Of a DNA stretch of 64,000 bases, positions 50,317-59,426 are shown piece after piece. Both the position numbers and the translations under genes were made by a program. Source of the DNA: an uncultured Methylobacterium sp. (GTDB taxonomy: Bacteria; Pseudomonadota; Alphaproteobacteria; Rhizobiales; Beijerinckiaceae). Numbering within the stretch: position 1 is the first letter of the stretch; the number at the start of each line of letters is the position of its first letter. The stretch covers positions 1,645 to 65,644 of the forward strand of contig NZ_CAXTHR010000002.1 of NCBI RefSeq assembly GCF_964244095.1, written 5' to 3'. The notes beneath the pieces are model-generated. The model saw only the letters and a list, made by a program, of their open reading frames with translations, ran no database searches and was not told the origin of the DNA.

Positions 50317-51804
50317 ATGTTCTCGACCGCCTTCCTGCGCGCGGGCCTGTCGCCGCTGGCGCTGCTCGCCGCCTTGAGCGCCGCGGCCGCGCAGGGCGCG
50401 CCGCCGCCCGCTCCGGTTCCCGCTCCCTCGCCCCTGCCGGCGCCGGCCCAGCCCGCACCGGCCTCCGCGGCGCTACCGGCCCCCGCCGCCGCGGCCGCGG
50501 AAAGCCCGAGAAAGCCGGCGCCGGAACTGGTCTATGCCGCCGTCTCGGCCGATCCGGTGCCGACGCTGACGGCAAGAACCTTCGTCGAGACCCTGCGCGC
50601 GGCCGAGCGTTACCAAGCCTTCGCCGAGGCCGGCGGCTGGGAGCCCCTGCCGGAGCACGTCGTGTGGAAGCCGGGCGCCGCCAACCCGGCGGTCCCGGCC
50701 CTGCGCCACCACCTGACGCTGACCGGCGACCTGCCCGCCGACGCAGCCCCGAGCGACCGCCTCGACGCCGCGCTGATCGCGGCGGTGACCGCGTTCCAGG
50801 CTCGGCACGGCCTGCCCGAGACCGGGCTGGTCGGGCGCCTGACCCTGGCCGCCCTGAACGTGCCGGCCGGCGTCCGCCAGCGCCAGCTCGCGGCCTCGGC
50901 CGCCCGGCTGATGGGCTCGAAGTTCCCGTTCGGCGACCGCTACGTCGTGGTCAACATCCCCGCGGCCACCGTCGAGGCGGTGGAGAACGGCACGGTCGCG
51001 CGCCGCTACGTCGCCGTGGTCGGCAAGCCCGACAAGGCGACGCCCGCCGTCGAGACGCGGATCACCGACGTGAACTTCAACCCGACCTGGACGGTGCCGG
51101 CCTCGGTGGTGAAGAACGAGATCATCCCGCGGATGCGGAAGGAACCGGGGTATCTCGCCAAGAACCACATCCGCATCCTCGGCCCCGGCGGCGTCGAGGT
51201 CGATCCCACGGCCGTGAACTGGAACACCGAAAAAGCCGTGAGCTATACGCTGCGCCAGGATGCCGGCTTCGACAACGCGCTCGGCCAGGTGCGGATCGAC
51301 ATGCCGAACCGGTTCGCGGTCTACATGCACGACACGCCCTCGAAATCGCTGTTTGCGCGCACCATCCGCTTCCACAGCCACGGCTGCGTCCGCGTCGGCG
51401 GCGTGAAGGCGCTGGTCGGCTGGCTGCTGCAGGGCGTCGAGGGGCCGAACGGCCCGGGCTCGTCCTGGGGCCCGATCGAGATCGAGACCGGCATCGCCGA
51501 CGGCGAGCGCCGCGACCTCAAGCTGGTGAGGCCGGTGCCGGTGACCTTCGTCTACCTCACCGGCTACGCGGGCGCCGACGGCCGGGTGCAGTTCCGCGAC
51601 GACATCTACGGCCTCGACGCGCCGGGCGCCCCGGTGCCCTCGGCCGCGACCGAGCCCGCGGCCACTGGCTCGGTCGCCCCGCGCCCCGCAATCCGGCCGG
51701 CGAAGGCCGGGCAGCACCCGCCGGACGCCGCAGACCTGAAGCCCGCGGTCCCGGCCGCGAGCCGGCCGCGCGCGCCGCGGCCGCCCGGCTCGATCCAGGA
51801 CTGA
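50317..51804 (+). CDS. L,D-transpeptidase (YcbB-like) with a peptidoglycan-binding domain
   Basis: It has a signal peptide, a PG-binding-1 motif (AVTAFQARHGLPETGLVG..T..ALN) and the catalytic motif YMHDTPSKSLFARTIRFHSHGCVRV. Confidence 0.88.
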   Translation: MFSTAFLRAGLSPLALLAALSAAAAQGAPPPAPVPAPSPLPAPAQPAPASAALPAPAAAAAESPRKPAPELVYAAVSADPVPTLTARTFVETLRAAERYQAFAEAGGWEPLPEHVVWKPGAANPAVPALRHHLTLTGDLPADAAPSDRLDAALIAAVTAFQARHGLPETGLVGRLTLAALNVPAGVRQRQLAASAARLMGSKFPFGDRYVVVNIPAATVEAVENGTVARRYVAVVGKPDKATPAVETRITDVNFNPTWTVPASVVKNEIIPRMRKEPGYLAKNHIRILGPGGVEVDPTAVNWNTEKAVSYTLRQDAGFDNALGQVRIDMPNRFAVYMHDTPSKSLFARTIRFHSHGCVRVGGVKALVGWLLQGVEGPNGPGSSWGPIEIETGIADGERRDLKLVRPVPVTFVYLTGYAGADGRVQFRDDIYGLDAPGAPVPSAATEPAATGSVAPRPAIRPAKAGQHPPDAADLKPAVPAASRPRAPRPPGSIQD

Positions 51805-51941
51805 CCCGCTCCGGCCCGGAACCGCTCGGCGCGCCCCGGAACAATCGCGGCCACCGTTCATTTCCGCCGGGAGTGGGACGCCGGAGCCGGCCGAGACGGG
51901 CCGGCGGCGAACCCCCGCGATTTTCCGAACGGAGCGACCCC

Positions 51942-52475
51942 ATGGCGAAGGCCAAACCCGGCAGCCGCATCGAGAGCGACCGCCTCAACACCCCGACCGA
52001 CCTCGACCCGAACGACGCGCGCAAGATCGCCGAGGGCCTCACCGTCCTGACCTCGGACCTGTTCGCGCTCTACATCAAGACCAAGAACTTCCACTGGCAC
52101 ATGAGCGGGCCGAACTTCCGCGACTACCATCTGCTGCTCGACGAGCAGGCCGAGCAGATCTTCGCGATCATCGACGACGCGGCCGAGCGCGCGCGCAAGA
52201 TCGGCGGCACCGTGCTGCGCTCGCTCGGACAGGCGAAGTCGCTCACCCGCGTCCCCGACAACGACGCCGAGTACGTCTCGCCGCTGGACATGCTCAAGGA
52301 GCTGCGGGACGACAACAAGGCGCTCACCGCCAACATGCGCGACCTGCACGCGGTCACCGACGAGGCCGACGACGTCGCGACCACCTCGAAGCTGGAGGAG
52401 TGGATCGATCAGTCCGAGGAGCGGACATGGTTCCTCTACGAATCCACCCGCAACGCCAGCGACGGCGGCCACTGA
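51942..52475 (+). CDS. dps: Dps-family DNA-protection/ferritin-like protein
   Basis: Contains LYIKTKNFHWHMSGPNFRDYHLLLDEQ and IDDAAERARKIGG ferroxidase-site motifs. Confidence 0.93.
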   Translation: MAKAKPGSRIESDRLNTPTDLDPNDARKIAEGLTVLTSDLFALYIKTKNFHWHMSGPNFRDYHLLLDEQAEQIFAIIDDAAERARKIGGTVLRSLGQAKSLTRVPDNDAEYVSPLDMLKELRDDNKALTANMRDLHAVTDEADDVATTSKLEEWIDQSEERTWFLYESTRNASDGGH

Positions 52476-52482
52476 CGCCGAC

Positions 52483-52514
52483 GGCCCCGCACCGACCGGT
52501 GCGGGGCCTTTTTT
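52483..52514 (+). terminator. rho-independent terminator of dps
   Basis: GGCCCCGCACCG-AC-CGGTGCGGGGCC followed by TTTTTT. Confidence 0.8.
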
Positions 52515-52593
52515 CATGGCCGCCCGCGCCGGCGACCTTTCCGGCTCCATCGGAGTACGCACGCGATAGGCGCGCCCTGCGAGGACGCGGTGC

Positions 52594-55269
52594 TCATGGA
52601 TCGGCCGGGGACGCGACCTCCAGTTCCAGCCGCACCTTCACCACCCCCATATCCTCCGGGTCGCGCGCCTGCACGAAGCCGAGCCGCTTGCACACGGTAA
52701 GCATCGCCCGGTTCTCGGCCAGCACTGTGCCCTCGACGAAGCGGATGCCCTCGGAGCGGGCCCAGTCGAGCATCAGGCCCATCAGGGCGAGCGCCAGCCC
52801 GGTGCCGCGGGCATCCGAGCGGACGAGGATCGCGTATTCGCCCGCGACCCCGTCGGCATCCGCGTGCAGCCGCACCGCGCCGAGCATCCGTTCGCCGCCG
52901 CCCGCGGCCGCGTCGGCCGCCAGCGCGACGAAGGCGATGGCGCGGGCGTAGTCGAGCTGGGTCAGGCGGGCGAGGAAGGCGTGACTGAAGTCGCGCACGG
53001 GGGCGAAGAAGCGCAGGCGCACGTCCTCCGGGTCGATCCCGGCAAAGAACACGCGGAAGGTCGGCTCGTCCTCGGGGCGCACCGGCCGCACCGCGACGGT
53101 ACGGCCCTGCAGCCGCAGCGTCCGCACCCATTCGGACGGGTACGGGCGGATCGCGAAGCGCGGATGGCCGCCCGACGCGCACTTGGCGCTGGCCCCGAGG
53201 CGGACGCGGGCATCGAGCGCCAGGACGCCGTGCTCGTCGGCGAGCAGGGGGTTGATGTCGAGCTCGCGCACCGCCGGCAGGTCGGCGGCGAGCTGGGCGA
53301 GCTTCACCAGTGTCAGCGCGATGGCGCCGACGTCGGCGGCCGGCACGTCGCGATAGGCCGACAGCCGCCGCGCGACGCGGGTGCGGGCGATGAGATCGCC
53401 CGCGAGCGCCAGATCCAGCGGCGGCAGGCCGAGCGCCCGGTCGTCGATCACCTCCACCGCGGTGCCGCCGCGGCCGAACACCACCACGGGGCCGAAGACC
53501 GGGTCCTCGGCCAGGCCGGCGATCAGCTCGCGGCGCTGCCCCCTGCGCACCATCGGCTGCACCGCGAAGCCCGTCACCCGCGCGTCCGGCCGCTCGCGCC
53601 GGGCGCGGGCCAGGATCGCGCGCGCGGCGTCGCGCACGTCCTGCTCGCTCGTGAGGTCGAGGTGTACCCCGCCGATGTCGGACTTGTGCACCACGTCCGG
53701 CGAGACGAGCTTCAGCGCCACCGCGCCGCCGCCGGCGATGATCGGCCACGCCGCCGCCGCCGCCGCGTCGATGTCGGGGGCGAGCGTCAGGGGCACGGTG
53801 GCGATGCCGTAGGCGGTAAGCAGCCCCGAGACCGCGACGGGATCGAGCCACGCCGCGCCCGCGCGGAGCGCGGCCGCAACGATCGCCTCGGCGCCCTGCC
53901 TGTCCGGCGCGAAGTCGCGCGGCAGGGAATCGGGCGTGCGCATCAGGTCGTCCTGCGCCTCGCGGTAGCGCACGAGGTGGAGGAAGCCGTCGATCGCTTC
54001 GGACTCGCCGGAGAAGTTCGGGATGCCGGCGCGCGCCAGGATCGCCCCGGCCGCCTCGCCGTACGACACCGCGAAGACGGGTTTCCTGCGCGCCTGTCCC
54101 TTCTGCGCCTGTCCCTCGCGCGCCTGCGCCACCGTGTCGGCGACCGCCCGCGCCACCGAGGCTGCGTCCGAGCGGGCGGTGGGCACGTGGATCGCCAGCA
54201 CCGCGTCGCTCGCCCGGTCCGCGAGCATCGGCGCCAGCGCCTGCGCGTAGGCGGCCCCGTCGGCCCCGATGCCGAGATCCGTGCCGCCGCCATCGGCCGG
54301 CGTGCCGCCCCGGTCGGCCAGCCGGTCGGCGGCGAGCAGGCCGATGCCGCGGCCGTTGGCGAGGATCGCGAGGCGCTGGCCCCGGAACGGGCGCTGCCGG
54401 CCGAGCGTCTCGACGGCCGAGAACATCGCGTCGAGGTCCGGCACCGCGAGCAGCCCGGCCCGGCGGAAGGCGGCGTCGTAGACCGCGTCGGGCTTGGCCA
54501 GCGCGCCGGTATGGGTCTCCGGGGTGCGGCCGTCGCGGGCGTGGCGGCCGGCCCGCAGGACCACCACCGGCTTGGTGCGGGCGGCGGCGCGTGCCGCCGA
54601 CATGAAGCGGCGGGCATCGCTCACGCCGCCGAGGCAGAGCAGGATGGCGCGGGTGCGCAGGCAGTTCGCGAAATGGTCGAGGCAGTCGGCGATGTCGACG
54701 TCGCAGGCGCTGCCGAGTGCCATCACCGCCGAGAACTCGGCGCCGTGGCGCGCGCCCCACTCGACGATCGCGCCGGCCACCGTGCCCGATTGCGAGACGA
54801 GGGCGAGGTCGCCCGGCGCCGGGGCGCGGGCGAACAGGCTGGCGTTGAGGTTCCGGCCCGGCACGGCGAGGCCGGCGCTGTCCGGCCCGAGCAGGCGAAG
54901 GCCGTGCTCCCGCGCGATCGTCTTCGCGCGCGGGCCCGGATCGTCCGGGCCGCTGCCGAGGCACGCGGTCAGCAGGATCGCGGCGCCGACACCCGCCCGC
55001 CCGGCCTCGGCGACGACCGACGGAATGCTCGCCGGGGGGCTCGCGACGACGACGAGGTCGGGCACCGCGTCGAGGTCGGCGATCCGCGCGACGCAGGGCA
55101 GGCCATCGACGACGGCGTGCCGCGGGTTGACCGGCCGGACCGGACCGGCGAACCCGGCGGCACGGATGTTGTCGAGGACCGCGCGTCCCAGCGATCCGGC
55201 ACGCTCGCCAGCGCCGACGACGGCGATCGAGCGCGGCCTCAGCAGGGCGTCGAAGCGGTAGGTGCTCAC
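52594..55269 (-). CDS. Pat-type protein: ADP-forming acyl-CoA synthetase-like domains fused to a C-terminal GNAT acetyltransferase
   Basis: 891 aa. It has an N-terminal CoA-binding domain (IAVVGAGER.GSLG), ATP-grasp/succinyl-CoA-synthetase-like domains, and a C-terminal GNAT domain (RGTGLALALMGLMLDWARSEGI). Confidence 0.9.
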   Translation of the reverse strand: MSTYRFDALLRPRSIAVVGAGERAGSLGRAVLDNIRAAGFAGPVRPVNPRHAVVDGLPCVARIADLDAVPDLVVVASPPASIPSVVAEAGRAGVGAAILLTACLGSGPDDPGPRAKTIAREHGLRLLGPDSAGLAVPGRNLNASLFARAPAPGDLALVSQSGTVAGAIVEWGARHGAEFSAVMALGSACDVDIADCLDHFANCLRTRAILLCLGGVSDARRFMSAARAAARTKPVVVLRAGRHARDGRTPETHTGALAKPDAVYDAAFRRAGLLAVPDLDAMFSAVETLGRQRPFRGQRLAILANGRGIGLLAADRLADRGGTPADGGGTDLGIGADGAAYAQALAPMLADRASDAVLAIHVPTARSDAASVARAVADTVAQAREGQAQKGQARRKPVFAVSYGEAAGAILARAGIPNFSGESEAIDGFLHLVRYREAQDDLMRTPDSLPRDFAPDRQGAEAIVAAALRAGAAWLDPVAVSGLLTAYGIATVPLTLAPDIDAAAAAAWPIIAGGGAVALKLVSPDVVHKSDIGGVHLDLTSEQDVRDAARAILARARRERPDARVTGFAVQPMVRRGQRRELIAGLAEDPVFGPVVVFGRGGTAVEVIDDRALGLPPLDLALAGDLIARTRVARRLSAYRDVPAADVGAIALTLVKLAQLAADLPAVRELDINPLLADEHGVLALDARVRLGASAKCASGGHPRFAIRPYPSEWVRTLRLQGRTVAVRPVRPEDEPTFRVFFAGIDPEDVRLRFFAPVRDFSHAFLARLTQLDYARAIAFVALAADAAAGGGERMLGAVRLHADADGVAGEYAILVRSDARGTGLALALMGLMLDWARSEGIRFVEGTVLAENRAMLTVCKRLGFVQARDPEDMGVVKVRLELEVASPADP

Positions 55270-55306
55270 GCCCGGCCCGGAGGGTCCGGGTACCCGGTCC
55301 CGCGGG

Positions 55307-55459
55307 TCAGGCCCGGCCCGGCGGCGGGGCGAGGACCAGGGTCTCGTGGGTGGGGAACACCCGCGGCCAGTTCATCCGCTCGGCCAGCGCCAGGGCGGCC
55401 GGGACGGTGATGCCGCGATCCAGCGCGACCCGTTCGATGCTGATCCAGTCCGCCTGCAT
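55307..55459 (-). CDS. possible small ORF upstream of the Pat-type gene
   Basis: 50-aa ORF (MQADWISIERVALDRGITVPAALALAERMNW...). No recognisable domain. It may be non-coding. Confidence 0.2.
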   Translation of the reverse strand: MQADWISIERVALDRGITVPAALALAERMNWPRVFPTHETLVLAPPPGRA

Positions 55460-55935
55460 GATCAGTCCGCCTACATGACGAGGGACGTCCGTGACGGCCG
55501 AACGCGGCCGAGCGACCGCGGTTCCGAACCCGCGTTGCGGAGGGCTGCAGGTTGAAGGCCGGCGCAGTGCGGCGATCGTGGAGACTTCAATCCCAGGCTG
55601 CATCACGGCGAAGGTATTGGCACGGGCCGGCACACCTCGGCCGAACATGCCCGCGACTTCCGAGGCTAAGGCCGCCTAGGCGCCGGCCTTTGTCAGTGGA
55701 ACCGGGACGAGCGAGGCCCCGGATCGGCCTCGTATCCCGCAGCGGCGATCCTATGCTGCGTGTCCCACGCAGTCGTTAAACTGCGGGAACACGAAAACAG
55801 ACCTTGCGTCCCGCGTTTGGATGTCAGACACCATGATCGTCTCGCTTGGACATGCTGGGCTCGGCCGAAGTTTGCCTTCGCTTGCGTCGCGCTGATGCCG
55901 CTCAGGCCGATTCAATGCGCACGGGGAAATGATCG

Positions 55936-56418
55936 ATGACGACCGACGACGGCGCGCCGGACTACATTGCCTTGACCGTGGAGATCGTGTCGGCCTTCGT
56001 GAGCGAGAACGCCATCCCGGTTCCGGAATTGCACGGGCTGATCGGGTCGGTCCACGCCACGCTGACCCGGCTCTCCGGCGCTGCCGCCCCGGTGAAGGTC
56101 GAGGCGCCGACGCCGGCGGTGTCGATCAAACGCTCGCTCATGCCCGATTTCATCGTCTGCCTGGAGGACGGCAAGAAGTTCAAGTCGCTCAAGCGCCACC
56201 TGCGCACCCGCTACGACATGACGCCCGAGCAGTATCGCGCCAAGTGGAACCTCTCGGCGGACTATCCGATGGTGGCGCCGAACTACGCCGCCGCCCGCTC
56301 CGAACTCGCCAGGAACATGGGCCTCGGCCAGAAACGGCGCAAAGCCCGCGCGAAGGCCCCGGTCGAGGCCGAGGCACCGCCCGCCCCGCGCCGCGCCGGC
56401 GCCTCGGCCGGGGCCTGA
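55936..56418 (+). CDS. MucR/Ros-family transcriptional regulator (variant metal site)
   Basis: It aligns with Ros/MucR ([11 protein letters not shown]-like N-terminus; [49 protein letters not shown]...GLGQ.RR). Confidence 0.9.
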   Translation: MTTDDGAPDYIALTVEIVSAFVSENAIPVPELHGLIGSVHATLTRLSGAAAPVKVEAPTPAVSIKRSLMPDFIVCLEDGKKFKSLKRHLRTRYDMTPEQYRAKWNLSADYPMVAPNYAAARSELARNMGLGQKRRKARAKAPVEAEAPPAPRRAGASAGA

Positions 56419-56518
56419 ACGAACCGGTCTGCGGGCGCGCGCGGATCAGGGCGGGCGCGTCCACAGCTTTTCGGCCAGCCCGCGCGGCGGATTCAGGGAT
56501 CGGGCAGGGCCCGGTGCG

Positions 56519-57343
56519 ATGGCTGTCCATGAGGTCCGGCCCGCGGGGAGCCGGCAGCGTGAGGCGTCATCCATGCCCGGCCAGCCCAGCCTGGTGGCCC
56601 GCCTGTTCTGGACGGCGGTGGTCGGCGGCGGCGCGTGCCTCTGGTACGGGCGCGCCGGCTTCGCGCTCGCCGGCCCGGCGCTCGGCTTCGTGCTGCTGCG
56701 CCACCTCGGCCGGCCGCGGCGCTTCCGCGCCCGCGTGCGCCGCCTCGGCCGGCGCCACGCCCGGACGCTCGCCCTGCGGCGACGCCAGGAGAGCTTCCGC
56801 GACGCCTACGGCAACCACGTCCGCGACGGCTGGCTGCGCGAGCGCGACTACTTCGTCGCGCGCACGGTGGTGCCGGACCTGGCGGCGCACGGGTTCTCGG
56901 ACCTCGCCGAGGTCCGGCGCGACGAGATCCTGGCGATCGTCGAAGGCATCGCGGCGTCCGTCGCCCTGCCGGAGGAGGACGGGGCGCCGGAGGACGGCGT
57001 GCGCTACGAAGCCTTCTGCGCCGCGCGCCTGAGCCGGGCCGGCTGGCGGACGCACCCGACGCCCGCGAGCGGCGACCAGGGCGCCGACATCGTCGCCGAG
57101 CAGGGCACGACCCGCCTCGTGGTCCAGTGCAAGCGTTACGGCCGGCCGGTCGGCAACGCCGCGGTGCAGGAGGCCGCCGCCGCCGCGCGCTACTGGTCCG
57201 GCGACATGGCGGCGGTCGTCTCGAACGCCGGCTTCACCCCGGCCGCCCGCAAGCTCGCCGCCGCGACCGGCGTGCTGCTGCTGCACCACGACGACCTCGA
57301 CGATCTCCGCCCGGTACGCGGCGCCCGCGCCGCGCACGCGTGA
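56519..57343 (+). CDS. membrane-anchored Mrr-like restriction-endonuclease-domain protein
   Basis: It has N-terminal TM segments (LFWTAVVGGGACLWYG.AGFALAGPALGFVLL) and a C-terminal Mrr_cat-like core (GDQGADIVAE...RLVVQCKRY...VGNAAVQE). The start may be at 56573. Confidence 0.65.
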   Translation: MAVHEVRPAGSRQREASSMPGQPSLVARLFWTAVVGGGACLWYGRAGFALAGPALGFVLLRHLGRPRRFRARVRRLGRRHARTLALRRRQESFRDAYGNHVRDGWLRERDYFVARTVVPDLAAHGFSDLAEVRRDEILAIVEGIAASVALPEEDGAPEDGVRYEAFCAARLSRAGWRTHPTPASGDQGADIVAEQGTTRLVVQCKRYGRPVGNAAVQEAAAAARYWSGDMAAVVSNAGFTPAARKLAAATGVLLLHHDDLDDLRPVRGARAAHA

Positions 57344-57637
57344 GCTGGCGGGTCCGTCGCCCCTGCCGGCGAGCCCGGGACCGGCCGCGTGCCGCAGGCG
57401 GCCTCGTTCCGAGCGGGCTCCGTTCGGCATCGCGCATCGGCATCGTCCGGGCTGGCGGCGATGCCGTGATGCGGCGGCGCCATCGATCGCACGACGACCG
57501 GCGGCCTCCGAGCGCGTTCCGGTGTGCCGCGACCCTGCGCGCCGAACTCGGCATCCCGGACCCGCGCCTCACCGGGAGGCGTTCCGTCCCGATGACGGCC
57601 GTGGGTTCGCGACCGCCGCGGGTCGCTGCCCCAGGCG

Positions 57638-57668
57638 CGAAAACGCCCCGGCCTGTAAGGCCGGGGCG
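57638..57668 (-). terminator. rho-independent terminator of hsp20
   Basis: On the minus strand: CGCCCCGGCC-TTACA-GGCCGGGGCG followed by TTTTCGCG. Confidence 0.7.
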
Positions 57669-57717
57669 CGCGTGGATTCACTTCATCGCAGACGCGGTCG
57701 AAGGCCCGCCGGAGCGG

Positions 57718-58206
57718 TTACGCCGCCTTCCGCACACCGAGCTCGGAGGCCTGACCCTCGATCGCCGGCGCCCGGCGCGCGCCGTTCGTGGCGATCTCGA
57801 TGCGGCGGGGCTTCTTCGCCTCGGGGATCTCGCGGACGAGATCGACGTGGAGGAGGCCGTTCTCCAGCACCGCACCCGTCACCTGGACGTAGTCGGCGAG
57901 CTGGAACCGGCGCTCGAAGCCGCGCGCGGCGATGCCCTGGTGCAGGATCTCCGTACGCTTGGCCGGGTCGGCCTGGCGCTCGCCCTTCACGGTCAGCGCG
58001 TTCTCCTTCATCTCGATGGAGAGGTCGGCCTCGGTGAAGCCCGCCACCGCGATGGTGACGCGGTAGGCGTTCTCGGCGGTGCGCTCGATGTTGTAGGGCG
58101 GGTAGGTCGGCACCGCGTCGGTCGCCACGAACTGGTCGAGGGCCGAGAACAGGCGGTCGAAGCCGACGGTGGAACGGTAGAGGGGGGCGAGATCGAACTG
58201 ACGCAT
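57718..58206 (-). CDS. Hsp20/alpha-crystallin small heat-shock protein (IbpA-like)
   Basis: Start at MRQFDLAPLYRSTVGFDRL. It contains PPYNIE..E..Y.I..AVAGF and the alpha-crystallin core (GLL.VDL). Confidence 0.92.
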   Translation of the reverse strand: MRQFDLAPLYRSTVGFDRLFSALDQFVATDAVPTYPPYNIERTAENAYRVTIAVAGFTEADLSIEMKENALTVKGERQADPAKRTEILHQGIAARGFERRFQLADYVQVTGAVLENGLLHVDLVREIPEAKKPRRIEIATNGARRAPAIEGQASELGVRKAA

Positions 58207-58296
58207 GGAACATATCCTCCGTGGAGCAACATGCCGGTTGAGGCTATGGTCCGCCCGAGGGCCGGACCGGTCTCGTGCCGCCTGATCGGCCGGCAC
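58207..58296 (-). promoter_or_regulatory. ROSE-like RNA thermometer candidate in the hsp20 5' UTR
   Basis: The minus strand immediately upstream of the ATG reads ...CAUGUUGCUCCACGGAGGAUAUGUUCC-AUG. UUGCUCC can pair with the SD GGAGGA, as in ROSE elements of rhizobial small-hsp genes. Confidence 0.5.
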
Positions 58297-58302
58297 GACC
58301 CG

Positions 58303-58331
58303 AATATCGGCAGGGGGCCGCATGCGTTCAA
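58303..58331 (-). promoter_or_regulatory. candidate sigma70-type promoter for hsp20 (TTGAAC-N17-GATATT)
   Basis: Read on the minus strand. It would give a leader of about 95 nt, within the length range of ROSE elements. Confidence 0.4.
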
Positions 58332-58372
58332 GAGCCCGACCCGCGGATCACGGGGTGCGACCGGATGCCGCG

Positions 58373-59368
58373 ATGCTGACCCTGGCGGATACCCCCGGGA
58401 ACCCGGTGCCGCCCGGCGGCACGGTGATGACGGTCGGGACGAGCGACGACTGCACCCTTCGCGCCGCACGCTGGCAGCCGACGGCGCGGACCTGCAAGGG
58501 CACGGTCTGCCTGCTCCAGGGGCGGGCGGAGTTCATCGAGAAGTATTACGAGACGATCCGCGAACTCCGCGCCCGGGGCTTTGCCGTCGTCGCCTTCGAC
58601 TGGCGCGGCCAGGGTGCCTCCGACCGGCGGGTCGACGACCCGCACAAGGGCCACGTCGAGAGCTTCGACGATTACCGCCTCGACCTCCTGGCGATCCGGG
58701 ACGCGGTGCTGGTGCCGCTGATGCCGGACCCGCATGTCTGCCTCGCCCATTCCACGGGCGGCTGCGTCGCGCTCACCGGCGCGCTGGAGGGCTGGCTGCC
58801 GTTCCGGCGGATCGTGACGGTGGCGCCGATGCTGTCGATCCGGATGGTGCGCTGGCCGGCCTTCGCCGCGGTGGCGACGCGGGCGCTGCGGCGGCTCGGC
58901 CTCGGCAGCCGCTATATCCCCGGCGGCGGCCCGACCTCGATCGCGACGAAGCCCTATCCGAACAACCGGCTCTCGCGCGATCCGGCGCGCTACGCCCGCA
59001 ACGCCGCGGCCGCCGAGGCGGTGGGGGCGGGCGCGGTGGGCGACCCGACCATCGCCTGGACGGCGGCGGCCTTCCGGGCGACCGCGCGGCTGGCCGATCC
59101 GCGGGTGCCGCCGCGCATCGCCACGCCGACGCTGATCGTCGCCGCCGGCGCCGACCCGGTGTGCAGCACGCCGGCCGCCGAGCGGTTCGCCGCGCGCCTC
59201 AAGGCCGGCCACATCCTCGTGCTGCCCGATGCCCGCCACGAGATCCTGTCCGAGCGCGACGCGATCCGCGCCGACTTCTGGGCCGCCTTCGACGCCTTCG
59301 TGCCGGGCAGTCCCGTGCGCGCGCCGGAGGCCGCGGAGCGCCGGGCTGCGGCCTCCGCGACGGCGTGA
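58373..59368 (+). CDS. alpha/beta hydrolase, lysophospholipase-like
   Basis: Contains VAFDWRGQGAS, the nucleophile elbow AHSTGG, and a C-terminal D/H region (AGADPV...DARHEI). Start taken at MLTLAD; the ORF is open from 58322. Confidence 0.75.
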   Translation: MLTLADTPGNPVPPGGTVMTVGTSDDCTLRAARWQPTARTCKGTVCLLQGRAEFIEKYYETIRELRARGFAVVAFDWRGQGASDRRVDDPHKGHVESFDDYRLDLLAIRDAVLVPLMPDPHVCLAHSTGGCVALTGALEGWLPFRRIVTVAPMLSIRMVRWPAFAAVATRALRRLGLGSRYIPGGGPTSIATKPYPNNRLSRDPARYARNAAAAEAVGAGAVGDPTIAWTAAAFRATARLADPRVPPRIATPTLIVAAGADPVCSTPAAERFAARLKAGHILVLPDARHEILSERDAIRADFWAAFDAFVPGSPVRAPEAAERRAAASATA

Positions 59369-59426
59369 GGGGCGTGCCGCCGCACGATCGTGCGGGCGCG
59401 GGACCGGGCGGCCCCGCGCCGACCGC

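Noticed and set aside
51838-51858. GGAAC ... CGTT upstream of dps, considered as an EcfG-type general-stress promoter.
   Set aside because: The two half-sites are only 12 nt apart, whereas the recognised spacing is about 16-17 nt. The match is therefore not convincing.
55617-55640. TGGCAC-N5-GGCAC, considered as a sigma54 promoter upstream of the small ORF and the Pat-type gene.
   Set aside because: It is on the wrong strand for the downstream genes, and the -12 element (TTGC) is missing.
55700-55935. A cluster of short hairpins upstream of the MucR-type gene (CGAGGCC..GGCCTCG, CGCAGC..GCTGCG, CCCGCAG..CTGCGGG), considered as a structured RNA.
   Set aside because: The stems are short (6-7 bp). 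There is no flanking promoter or terminator signature and no motif I recognise. It is more likely an ordinary regulatory region; it is mentioned under the MucR finding only.
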